Positions 36,601-45,400 of a stretch of 64,000 nucleotides of DNA are shown in pieces. A program made the translations under genes and the position numbers. This stretch comes from Phoronis australis (lineage: Eukaryota > Animalia > Phoronida). Position 1 is the stretch's first letter. Each line of letters starts with the position of its first letter. A model generated the notes under the pieces. It ran no database searches. It was not told the origin of the DNA and was given only the letters and a program-made list of their open reading frames with translations. Location of the stretch: NCBI GenBank assembly GCA_002633005.1, contig NMRA01000758.1, forward strand, positions 100,032 through 164,031, in the 5' to 3' direction.

Positions 36601-39235
36601 GTGGAAGCAATGCACCTGTGCACACTTGCTCTGCATAATCAATAGAGTCTGCTATGTGGAGTAAATGGGAAGTGCGATGACCAGACTTGGTCTACTTGAG
36701 GAATCACTAAATTTTAATTTGTTGTGCACGTGGGTAAGTGAGATGGCCAAACAAGCGAAAGCAGTGGTGGATATTATATGTAAATGTTATGTCAGACATC
36801 AATTGCAGGGGAAAGTGGCCTACATGTGTCAGGCATTTGTAATCTCCCTCATGATGAGCCTCACAATACATGAGTTTTAAATCAGGTGCTCTGTGCAATA
36901 GGCCTGACCTATGTGACCCATACAAGCCCAATGCAATTCACGCATCAGACCATCTGCAATCCTTTCTTCTGTTTTAAGATAACATGAAGCCTTGAACCAT
37001 GCTCTCACCTTCATGGTTTGTGCACTTTTTATAACAGCAATACTGAGGATCCAGTCATGCTAGTTATCCTAATATGATAATGAAAGAGATAAATCTAAAA
37101 ACACTGTGCTTTTAAAATATCTAAATTGAGTTTTACTGAATAGTGTGAGAGTAAACAAAACCTGTATTACAGCATCTACAAACAATTCAGCAACAATCAT
37201 TGGTCAGTTTCTTATTTAAACTTTCATCACCTGTATAGTAACTTGGCAGCCATAATTAGGTCTTTGTGATAGATCACTCTGTCTTCCTTTGGGCACCCTG
37301 ACCTGGGAGGCCGACACAAACGTCTCCTTGACAACTTGCTGCCGATTTTCTAGAAGCTTCATGATCAGTTCAAATCGATCAAATCCCAACAACTCAAATA
37401 GCTGAAATAATTAGACAATGCATGACTGTAGAGGCCCCTTTCTTATCACTTAAGTTGTGTATTACTGCTAACAATCAGATAATCAAAAGATAGCACATCA
37501 TTTGCGAAAACATTAAAAAAACAAGTGGATAATTTTACATTCAACACTTAGATAATATTACATCTTTTTGAGAACTTTGAAAATCGGCATTCTTAATGAC
37601 AATGTGTTATGCTGGGATATTCCTGGACTGCGCCTTTTGTGTCATTAGCATATAAAAAATAAAAAATACAGGTAAATTGCAGCAGAGCGCCCCCCTGGGT
37701 GCATCTTTTAAAATGCAACACTCTTCCAAAATGCAAGATTCATGTCAACTTAAGCCAGTCGGGTAAAAAATGGATTCTGTTCTAATTTCTGTTTCATATG
37801 TTACCGCTTTAATTACACTAAGTCAGCTGGGGAAAACTTTTTGAAAAAGGGCACACTTTTTATAAACAAGTGTGCCCAAAGGGCACAAGGTCAAATCTGG
37901 TCAGGAATATCTCTGGTTATGTTGCGTAATCCAACAAAAAGTTTATTCGCCATGACTACAACCAACCTCATTCTGCAATTCTTCATCCGTTCTTGAAGAT
38001 TTCAAAATTTCAAAAATAGACGTGCACAGATCAAGTATGGCATCACCCAAATCAGGGAAGTAAACATTTAGTTCTGCACGCAGCCAGAAGGAGTCCTTCT
38101 TTTCCACTCCACTCCCAGTTTCCTTAGAATTAGTCTGTGACCCGTCATTGTAACGCAAGTCAAAGCCATCATTAGCTGCCTCATCTGTGTCTGAATCAGG
38201 AAATTCGTCATAGTCAACCAGATACTTTGGTGGTACAAACTTGATGTTTTCTCCAAACACAGGCTCATCACTTTCACTGCTTGTGGATGACACACAAAGT
38301 TTACCAAGCACTTTCTCTGGTATCCAATTGGCTAATTTATGAGTAACTGCGCAAGCCTTGCTAGCAGTGGATGCTGGAAAGGGTCCAAACATGGTCCGCA
38401 ATTTGGCTGTTTCTGCATGCGTAATCATTTCTGAACTTCTCAGTGTTTCAAACAGAAAGGCAGCACCGCTCTCAATAATATCAGAGCTGGATTCCGGCCC
38501 AGCTGAAAGGAAACATTATGAAAACATCAGTTTTGGATTAACCAATTCAGAGACCAAAAATAAATATTCAAGCTCAAGAGATCAACAAGTCACAAATAAA
38601 AGACAAAGTTTGGCACCAATTAGTTGACTTTTTCACCTCTACAATACAAATAAACAAGGCTTAAAGAATGCATGACTTAAAAAGTGCCTTTATCAATTTC
38701 AAAACAAGAACGAAACATGTTAACGCACAACATACCAGGTAGGTTGTGCAAGTTAATGAAAAACAGATTTACAAACATAATGAGTCAGGCTTTTGAAGAC
38801 AAGAATAAGATTTCATGGCTTAGATTTTTTTGACAAGTTAAGACTTTATATGACAGGGCTCGATGCTTAGCATAACGTCAACTTGCCAAATGCAACCTGG
38901 CAAAATTCACAGGCCACCAAACAGGAACTGAGGTCACCAAACCAATGTGAGCGATGTATGAGGTCATTACTAATATTATTTATGTTACCAATTTGCTTTG
39001 CATATTGCAACAGCTCCCTCAATGCCTTCTTGGCATCATCCAAGTCATCCTTCCTAGCGTCTTGTACAGTTGAACACAGACTGTTCCAAGACAAGGTCTG
39101 CTTCTCTCTCAACTTGTTTGCATTGAACTTTCGTTTTGCAGACAGATCATCTACTTCTTCACTTGCCCGTGAATCACTAAGACCAGAGAATACCCTGAGG
39201 GCTGTGGTCAACCGGGGAAGTGTGGCTGCTGGCAT
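15517..39235 (-). CDS. ASCC3: Activating signal cointegrator 1 complex subunit 3 (Ski2-like helicase, two DExH cassettes + Sec63), 30 coding exons, 3'-incomplete in window
   Basis: Exons join with GT-AG and consistent phases to ~1755 codons. Motifs: [39 protein letters not shown] (cassette 1); [28 protein letters not shown] (cassette 2). N-terminal [20 protein letters not shown] and [11 protein letters not shown] and final [15 protein letters not shown] match ASCC3 rather than SNRNP200. Remaining Sec63-2 exons not found in 1-15516. Confidence 0.95.
16727..16859 (-). CDS. ASCC3: ASCC3 coding exon 29 ([12 protein letters not shown]...YEPFPVES)
   Basis: splice sites, motif VI. Confidence 0.95.
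17432..17552 (-). CDS. ASCC3: ASCC3 coding exon 28 ([16 protein letters not shown]...DFPIT)
   Basis: splice sites, motif V. Confidence 0.95.
18331..18468 (-). CDS. ASCC3: ASCC3 coding exon 27 ([15 protein letters not shown])
   Basis: splice sites, conserved peptide. Confidence 0.95.
18762..18904 (-). CDS. ASCC3: ASCC3 coding exon 26 ([17 protein letters not shown])
   Basis: splice sites, conserved peptide. Confidence 0.95.
19447..19567 (-). CDS. ASCC3: ASCC3 coding exon 25 ([16 protein letters not shown]...MNKPTFQ)
   Basis: splice sites, conserved peptide. Confidence 0.95.
19822..20019. repeat. 64-bp tandem triplication spanning the 3' end and donor of ASCC3 exon 24
   Basis: tatttacagtcc-tacctg...caaccaatctgccaggtca units starting at 19829, 19893 and 19957. 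Confidence 0.85.
19974..20119 (-). CDS. ASCC3: ASCC3 coding exon 24 ([12 protein letters not shown]...LADWLGIKQ)
   Basis: splice sites, conserved peptide. Confidence 0.95.
20811..20977 (-). CDS. ASCC3: ASCC3 coding exon 23 (VVELTGD...DEIHLL)
   Basis: second DExH box. Confidence 0.95.
21133..21283. repeat. Nested tandem repeat (50-bp duplication with expanded 17-bp taactactcctcactac)
   Basis: visible directly. Confidence 0.85.
21333..21418 (-). CDS. ASCC3: ASCC3 coding exon 22 ([14 protein letters not shown])
   Basis: splice sites, phase 0 to 2. Confidence 0.93.
21652..21872 (-). CDS. ASCC3: ASCC3 coding exon 21 (DLLDLEPLP...FNPIQTQ...GAPTGSGKT)
   Basis: second cassette Walker A. Confidence 0.95.
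22353..22521 (-). CDS. ASCC3: ASCC3 coding exon 20 ([14 protein letters not shown]...[11 protein letters not shown])
   Basis: splice sites, conserved peptide. Confidence 0.95.
23530..23783 (-). CDS. ASCC3: ASCC3 coding exon 19 ([10 protein letters not shown]...WIWVED)
   Basis: Sec63-1 Ig-like region, splice sites. Confidence 0.95.
24057..24315. repeat. Minisatellite, ~58-65-bp unit, ~4 copies, next to ASCC3 exon 18 donor
   Basis: gagcatgtcttaataataagcagg...aagcttcccaggtggt. Confidence 0.9.
24330..24555 (-). CDS. ASCC3: ASCC3 coding exon 18 ([12 protein letters not shown]...PLRQF...NEI)
   Basis: Sec63-1, splice sites. Confidence 0.95.
25037..25213 (-). CDS. ASCC3: ASCC3 coding exon 17 (VREEELQEL...[10 protein letters not shown]...YTAQ)
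   Basis: Sec63-1, splice sites. Confidence 0.95.
25229..25379. repeat. 37-bp tandem repeat x4 next to ASCC3 exon 17 acceptor
   Basis: gagatatgacctgagtagagttaaggcatgtgtcca(t/c). Confidence 0.95.
25917..25984. repeat. 17-bp tandem repeat x4
   Basis: atgatgttcccaaatta. Confidence 0.95.
26095..26346 (-). CDS. ASCC3: ASCC3 coding exon 16 (DDPTLE...[12 protein letters not shown]...EFEQIK)
   Basis: Sec63-1 start, splice sites. Confidence 0.95.
26470..26589 (-). CDS. ASCC3: ASCC3 coding exon 15 ([21 protein letters not shown])
   Basis: winged-helix region, splice sites. Confidence 0.95.
26877..27101 (-). CDS. ASCC3: ASCC3 coding exon 14 (GTQIYD...[12 protein letters not shown]...NLNAE)
   Basis: motif VI. 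Confidence 0.95.
27391..27582 (-). CDS. ASCC3: ASCC3 coding exon 13 ([18 protein letters not shown])
   Basis: motifs IVa and V. Confidence 0.95.
27940..28390. mobile_element. MITE relic with repeated aataaacgcccatgggcg motifs
   Basis: palindromic cgcccatgggcg-type subterminal motifs at ~27990, 28322 and 28362. Confidence 0.4.
28518..28652 (-). CDS. ASCC3: ASCC3 coding exon 12 ([15 protein letters not shown])
   Basis: motif IV, splice sites. Confidence 0.93.
29200..30715 (-). mobile_element. 5'-truncated non-LTR retrotransposon (LOA/I-group) 3' fragment: RNase H + CCHC knuckle, decayed; boundaries approximate
   Basis: WYTDGSK (~30640-30663), [41 protein letters not shown], then [10 protein letters not shown]...CAKC...H. 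Confidence 0.85.
29733..30239. mobile_element. Non-autonomous TIR DNA transposon (hAT-like ends) inserted in the LINE
   Basis: Perfect 13-bp TIR CAGGGCTTGGAAT / ATTCCAAGCCCTG; direct repeat AAGATA on both sides (29727-29732, 30240-30245); CpG-rich interior. Confidence 0.85.
30933..31024 (-). CDS. ASCC3: ASCC3 coding exon 11 ([10 protein letters not shown]...RGEQ)
   Basis: splice sites, phase 1 to 0. Confidence 0.9.
32204..32360 (-). CDS. ASCC3: ASCC3 coding exon 10 ([15 protein letters not shown])
   Basis: motif III, splice sites. Confidence 0.95.
32796..32960 (-). CDS. ASCC3: ASCC3 coding exon 9 (TTPEKWD, DEVH)
   Basis: motifs Ib and II. Confidence 0.95.
33364..33504 (-). CDS. ASCC3: ASCC3 coding exon 8 ([14 protein letters not shown]...KTQ)
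   Basis: motif Ia, splice sites. Confidence 0.95.
34027..34227 (-). CDS. ASCC3: ASCC3 coding exon 7 (Q motif, Walker A APTGAGKT)
   Basis: LNRIQSVVF...[13 protein letters not shown]. Confidence 0.95.
34642..34767 (-). CDS. ASCC3: ASCC3 coding exon 6 (MLLPEG...SSLDE)
   Basis: splice sites, 42 codons. Confidence 0.9.
35713..35857 (-). CDS. ASCC3: ASCC3 coding exon 5 ([13 protein letters not shown]...FPFVFD...SGAK)
   Basis: splice sites, phase 2 to 0. Confidence 0.88.
36163..36296 (-). CDS. ASCC3: ASCC3 coding exon 4 ([17 protein letters not shown]...[11 protein letters not shown])
   Basis: ag acceptor, gttagt donor, phase 0 to 2. Confidence 0.88.
36380..36880 (+). mobile_element. Possible decayed RTE-clade LINE 5' fragment
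   Basis: accagact...ctgatccttctggatagagggttgagg resembles the RTE 5' UTR motif; downstream LCTWV...QAK weakly resembles the APE N-terminus. Confidence 0.3.
37231..37401 (-). CDS. ASCC3: ASCC3 coding exon 3 ([11 protein letters not shown]...[10 protein letters not shown])
   Basis: splice sites and conserved peptide. Confidence 0.9.
37967..38502 (-). CDS. ASCC3: ASCC3 coding exon 2 (AGPESSS...DEELQNE)
   Basis: cag acceptor, gttggt donor, open frame, [11 protein letters not shown] motif. Confidence 0.9.
38989..39235 (-). CDS. ASCC3: ASCC3 coding exon 1 ([14 protein letters not shown]...AKQI)
   Basis: ATG at 39235; acceptor ctctcag 6 nt upstream implies a non-coding first exon; donor g|gtaac, phase 1. 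Confidence 0.85.
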
Positions 39236-40989
39236 CGTTACCTGAGAGGCAAGTAAAGACTTTTTTAAAACGTCACTCCTTATAAATCATGGGTTAAGCT
39301 TCTATATCAATGGTAGGAGAAGAGACATATATGTAACCTTCAAAAGATATGTTGCCGCTTACAGCAATAGAAACAGTACCTCAAGGAAAAGCAGATTAGA
39401 TTTTTGGGTTCATCTGAAATTTGACAAGTGACCCCCCCCCNCCCCCCCACCACGAGACAAGAGTTTACAATTAGGTATGTACAGTGAAAAATCACTTGGA
39501 ACCTCTAGCTTCAAGGCCAAACGTCTTAACCAGTTGACCAAAGAACAATTTCCATAGGCCTTTACACATTACTAAATTATCTGGAGATTCACCACACTCT
39601 TCCCCTTCCAATGACCAGAGGTCATACTGCCTTTTAACTGAATGGAGGGGCCGTGGCCCTTCCTCAACCAGGTCAGACACAACACAACCAACTCCTCTTC
39701 AGAGGCCGGTTCCCCTCTGTCTCTACCGCCAGGATACTGAACAATCATCAAGTTTCAAACTCAGTAGGCTCCCTACTCTAACTACAGTTCAAAATCAAGA
39801 GTCTACCAGTCGACAAATGACCAATTGCCCGTACAGTGATTAACAGGGCTCTTTATATATTACTAAACTTACTGTCACAAAACATAGCTTTCAATTTCAT
39901 AAATAGACAAATATATAGACTTAATTGGAAAATCTTTCTTAGAAACTTCTCTGACCCTGTACTGGGCCTGGGGCCCTGTCGATGTGAGCCACCGCTGGAA
40001 CCTTAAGGTTACAAATAAATTCACAGTTCATTCATAATATCTGATTGTCAACGGTGAGCCAATCAGGCAAGATTTCAAAAGCTTTGCCTTAAAATTCGAA
40101 TACCTTTGCTCAACCAAAAACTTATGCTCAGATGGAATCCATCTAAACACTGGTTTGCACAACACACGTTTGTTCCCCAGTTGTGCAACACAAAAATAAT
40201 AATACTACTCTTACAGAAACAAATCGTTGTAACGTGGGTAATAATTATTTTGTGGGAAATGTGCAGTGGTGTTCCAAGACACAATAATGTAAAAGAATTT
40301 TGCCACTAAATTCAAAAATAGATTGTAATCATGTCACGCAACTCTCTGTCTTAAATATAACTTGTCATGACACTAAGAGTACGAAATCCGTTTTGAAGAG
40401 CAGACAACATATTTTCTTAGTCCCCTCAATAGATGGCGTTTGTAATTGGCACGGCAAATGGGAAGTGGCTACCGACAGGCAACATTTTGGGTGACTACAC
40501 AGTTAGTCGCACTAACAATCCATTATTGGTGATTTGCGTAAAAACGACGAGTAGGCAATAAAATCTGCAAGAGTCGTTTACGAGGAACAGTTGTTCACTA
40601 GGCCATGTACAACATTCGCAGATTTTTTGGATAAAGCATTTTTTAATTTTAAAAATCAAAAAATGTGAAAATCGCACGCGTGAATTTATTAGATTAAATG
40701 GATAGGCTTGTTTGAATTTCTTCACAAACAAAGGATAGTTCCGTGCATTCAAGATCCAGACCAATTCTGACGTTTATATACTTTAGTTTAATTGGTTTCT
40801 CACCTGAAAAGCCCCCTTGAAAGCAATTTACAACTTAAGCAGAGAGTGGTTACTCTTACTTTAAAAAATTGGGCTCAATAGACGCACGACACTACATAAA
40901 GTAAACCAATGTAATCTTTGGCAAGTACCAGGTAAAGCAGACCCGAGGCTTGAACTTACACCAACTTATAATTAATTATTTTACCGTAC

Positions 40990-42348
40990 CTTCGTTACAG
41001 ACGTTACAAAAGGCCAGCCAGTGCTGTAGTGGGGCGTAGGCGCACGTAGGCGCAGCCAACCACCTTTTGGCATTTAAACGTAACGCCTACGCACCGCAAG
41101 TTGCGTTATAGTGCAAATTCAGTGCACTTTTAAAATTCAAATTTTTTTTCATGTGAAACCGTATGCTTTTAAGATTCTTCAAGAGCAAAGAAAATTGTGC
41201 TTGGGCATTTAGGATCACGTGACCGGGTTTTTATGGAGATCACGGGGACTTTCTCCATGAAGGTGAATATTGTTGAAGCAAAAGCGTGACTGGTAATTTC
41301 TTTTAAGAGTTTCAAGATTAGCTGAAGACGAGGAGAGGTCTTAAATAAAAATCACACTACGACACTCTTTTGTAACTATACATAATTAATAAATAGAATT
41401 TGAAAGTTCACAACTGTGGAGGTTTCCTCGGTGATCGCCCTACAATACTTGCTTCAGAAAATCACCGTCTAGTGACTACGTGTATAAATACCAAGACACT
41501 ATTTTTGTGCATGTATTACCGTTTCCTTGCTCTCCATGAATCTTAAAAATATTCTTCGGTTAAAATTGTGTCTAGCGACGTAAAATCACCCTTTGTCGTG
41601 GATTTGTTTTGATTTTACTCATGACGAATTCGCATTACTCGTGAGGTACTTTACGCCTACGGTACTAGCAAGGCACCATCTGGGTGCAATCTAGAATTTA
41701 TCCTATTTCGCCTGGATGGCCGTGGCAGTGAGACTGATCGCTGGTCGCATATTGCACAGATTATTCTTGATAACTTTGGCATGTTCACAGATTTAGAACG
41801 ATGTTATTCCTGTCGTAATCTCATCTTTCGGAGTCTTCCAGTCGGCCATATACGGGAAAAGCAACACTACACTGAACCCGGCGAACGATTAGACACACTC
41901 TTTTGTAGCTTGCTTCGATGACCATGCAGGCCTTAGGCTAGTTATTTTTTCCTTCTAAATGAAATTTTCGACCGTTGTGGTGGATGTTTGCAAAATATTG
42001 TTTGGCAGCCACTAATGATCAACTTCGTCCATACAGATGTCCTCGTGTGGTCAGAGTTGTTATTAATTAACTGATTATATTTAATCAAAATCAGATAGCC
42101 TGAATTTGGATACTACTCGGACTTGTAGCGACGTTGTTCAGCGGCACTTTGACCTGTGTTCCTCGTATTCAGACATTTTGTGGAATAGGAACATTTGAAA
42201 TTCGCCCGCGGCACTACGGTATTCTACAAAATCGAGTGGAAACGGCAGCTTGTTTGTGTTTTAACCAAAACAAAGTGTATAGAGTGGGAGTGCTTGAAGA
42301 TTTGTGTTTTCCGGGTGTTGAAGTCGCCGGCGCTGAAGACAGGTCATC
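40990..42348. promoter_or_regulatory. Putative divergent promoter region between ASCC3 and TMEM47-like
   Basis: start codons face away 3.1 kb apart; candidate ASCC3 5' UTR donor cgaag|gtacgg at 40990; CpG visibly retained; TSSs not observable. Confidence 0.45.
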
Positions 42349-42402
42349 ATGTCTGCGCCCACCACTAGCATTGAGACGATAAATGTCATCCGGCCGATGA
42401 AG
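42349..42402 (+). CDS. TMEM47: TMEM47-like exon 1 (MSAPTTSIETINVIRPMK)
   Basis: ATG in catcATG context, aag|gtgagc donor, IETI-V-RP-K resembles the TMEM47/VAB-9 N-terminus. Confidence 0.8.
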
Positions 42403-45400
42403 GTGAGCATTACGGTGGAGTACAGAATTACTTCTTGCCTAAAACATATGCCTTGAACTTGTACATCGACAACGAAACTTAAGAAGACCGCTGACGAGAT
42501 CCAACAATGCTACGTACTATACTGGTTAAAAGATGTGTAACTGGATTTAGTAAAGACGAGATAACACACGGTGAATTTTTTAAAAAAGAATAACTGGCCT
42601 AAAATATGCAGCTCTGTTAATTCGCAGGGAAACCAAACTTTTTCTTCATTAAGATTAGCAAGAGATTGAGGTTTGACAAAGTATAATTACGAGCATTTAC
42701 AGCAGGGTGTAGATTTAGGATGTTTGGAGAAATACTAATATTTTTAGTTGAAAAATGCCACAATAAAATAATGGTCAAGACAAGGCTATCCAGATCGTTG
42801 TATGTGTAGCCGCAGCTTCAGTCAGCTAACTTAAATATCACAGTTGCGTAAAACGACATCAGAACACTGAACGAAAAAAAGATAGTTACGGAAATTCTTC
42901 GCTCTCCTCGCACATAATTGCGTGTTTTCTATTTTCCAGAGATTGATTAACTAGCGGCAAGTACTAGAATCATAAAGAAATGGTGTTTTTTGGCACCCAC
43001 ACACTACAAACCAAGCTAGTAATAGACTGGCATTTTCTAAATTTTTATTTCTGCTGAGAAATTTAACCAAAAATTCATTAGTCCGCCATGTGCTAAATAC
43101 TGGAGAAGTACCGCAAAAGCATTCGCATACGGAAATGTAGAGCAATGTTGTATTGTAATACTCGGAATTGTGATGGCAGATTGACCATTGTAATAATAAT
43201 TGTAATAATCGTAATTATAATAGTAAAAACAATGGCAACAATAAATTGTTCTAATAGCGGTGACAGCCATAAAAATAGAGTAACAAGATCAGATCAGTAG
43301 AGTATAGTAATGGAATCCGCGTGACATGACACCCTGTGTAAATAACCCCCCCTCCCCCTCCAAAAGATAACGCAATCAACAAACTTATGCCTAAACGATT
43401 TCTTGAGCACATACTACAAAAATCCTTGTTTTCATGCTTAAACGAAGACCGTGTTCTGCTACACTGCGCCACCGACAAATAAATTGAAAAAAGATACAGG
43501 TTCTCATTTTTGCGCAAACTAACGCTTAACAGAAATGTTTACCTTATCTGACATTAAACTGAACGAAATGAGTAACACGTGCGCAGATTTGTCTAGAGAC
43601 TGTCAGGGGAGGCCTGTAAGCAAATAGAAATAGACAGCTTCACTTAACGGTCTATTGAGATGAATCGTTGTAATTTGCCTACCTGAACTAATTGACGCAC
43701 GGATGATAGAAATACGGAATCTTCGCGTCACACAGCAAACAGCCCCAGGACAATTGTGAACACTGCGAAACCATTTTTGCCATTCTCCAAACGGCTGGCC
43801 TCAGTTTGTCTTTCCTCAAGTGTCTATGCCTTGCTGATCCAGTAAATGAAATGTCCCAGAAACTAAGGCAGGAGGTGCATGGTACATATTTTAGGGTTAA
43901 ATACGAGAGGCTCAACTCATATGGCTGAGATTTAGACACTTCCATATTCTCCATGAAAAGGTGGATTCTCGGATTAAATTCGCTATGAAAGGGTTTACTC
44001 TGGGTTGGGACTCTCCAAAAAGGCCCACACGGGCAAAAACAAAGGATTTCGTACTCTGAATAAGGTTTAAGAGAATGAATTCTTGAGGGTTGTTTTTTGA
44101 ATTTACATTCCATGAATCATTTTATATGGTTTAAAAACAATACAAAATATTATCTTGGGAAAAACTACGAAAAATGACGTCATCTTGAAGCTCCCTTTTA
44201 ATTGAGCTTACTCTGTAAAGGGTCAGTGGAGATTCATTTTGCCCATGATTACTCTTATAGTCACTGGACCTATCCTTCCAAAAATAAGCAACATTAGCTC
44301 AAAAGTTATGGCACAGAAGGGAAGCGGTAAAAATTGAGTGTGGCGACCGGGGAGAGGAAGGGGGGGGGGGCAGCTCAAATTACCAGGGCCCCAGAACTTA
44401 TCACACCTTGGGGCCCCGAGAAATCTTAATCCAGCACCGATAACGTTTTCATATTCTTTAGTAGAAATTCAAGTTGGTGTGGCGAATGAAATACCAGTAG
44501 GCCCGACTGCTTGCATCTCAGTCACGATAATATACAATGATTGAGTTTCAGAGAGGTCAGTATGTTGGTCTTCAGACCCCACAAATGTAGTAATGCCTGA
44601 GGAGGATGCCGAGGCCATTATCACATTTTTGAGGTCAGAAAACTAACATACTGGTTGAGAGCAAAAGTTAAGTAAATGACTTTTTATTTTATGATTACAT
44701 CCGCTAAGTAATTCGGGTTTTCCTTTGTGTGATGATCACTAGTTCGGTCAGTCAGCAACCAGTTTTTACCCAAAACAGTGCGGAAAGATTAAAAAAAGTC
44801 TAAGACACATCTAGGAGAAAGGGAAGCAGAAGAAATGAAGACTAATTATGAGATTTAGCGGAAATTGTCACTTGGCATTGCTGATGATGCCAAGTATTAC
44901 AAGATTTTATTACCATACTTTCGTCGGAATATACCGTAATTAAGTAAAACAATACACCAGTTTAAGTAATTAACTGGCGAAGAGGAAGATCCTGAGATCG
45001 AATTGCAGTGAGATCTCTACTGCCTCACAAAAAGTTTTTAAATAAAGTTAAAACAGCGTTAGCAAACAGCGGTTAATAGGAAGGTATGAACGGTCAATAT
45101 GGAGAAATATTGACTCCGAAATGTTGACCGTTGGTGAGCTTTTAAGTTCAAAATCTGTCCAAATCATATGGTATGTGAGCTTAATCATTTTGAGTCCTTT
45201 GCCCACTGACTAAAATAAAAAAAAACAAAGAATGTCCAAACGAAGTGAATTATAGCCAACACATCATATTCATATTTTTGCGTGAAAATCTACACAAAGG
45301 CACGTAATAAGAGACAGCAATGCTTGAAACCCAATGATTTGCCAAGCGATGCATATAACCTGTAGGAGATGCTCTGGGCAGCCACAGAGCTTCGTTTACC

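Noticed and set aside
15517-39235. SNRNP200/Brr2 as identity of the helicase
   Set aside because: N-terminal sequence and an intact second cassette ([18 protein letters not shown]) fit ASCC3.
40795-40815. Recursive splice motif ttttcag|gtgaga on the ASCC3 strand
   Set aside because: Short pyrimidine tract in a ~1.7-kb intron; such motifs occur by chance and nothing else supports it.
41322-44900. Other CTGANGA boxes (~41322, 42333, 42491, 44881) as hammerheads
   Set aside because: None is followed by stem II plus GAAA.
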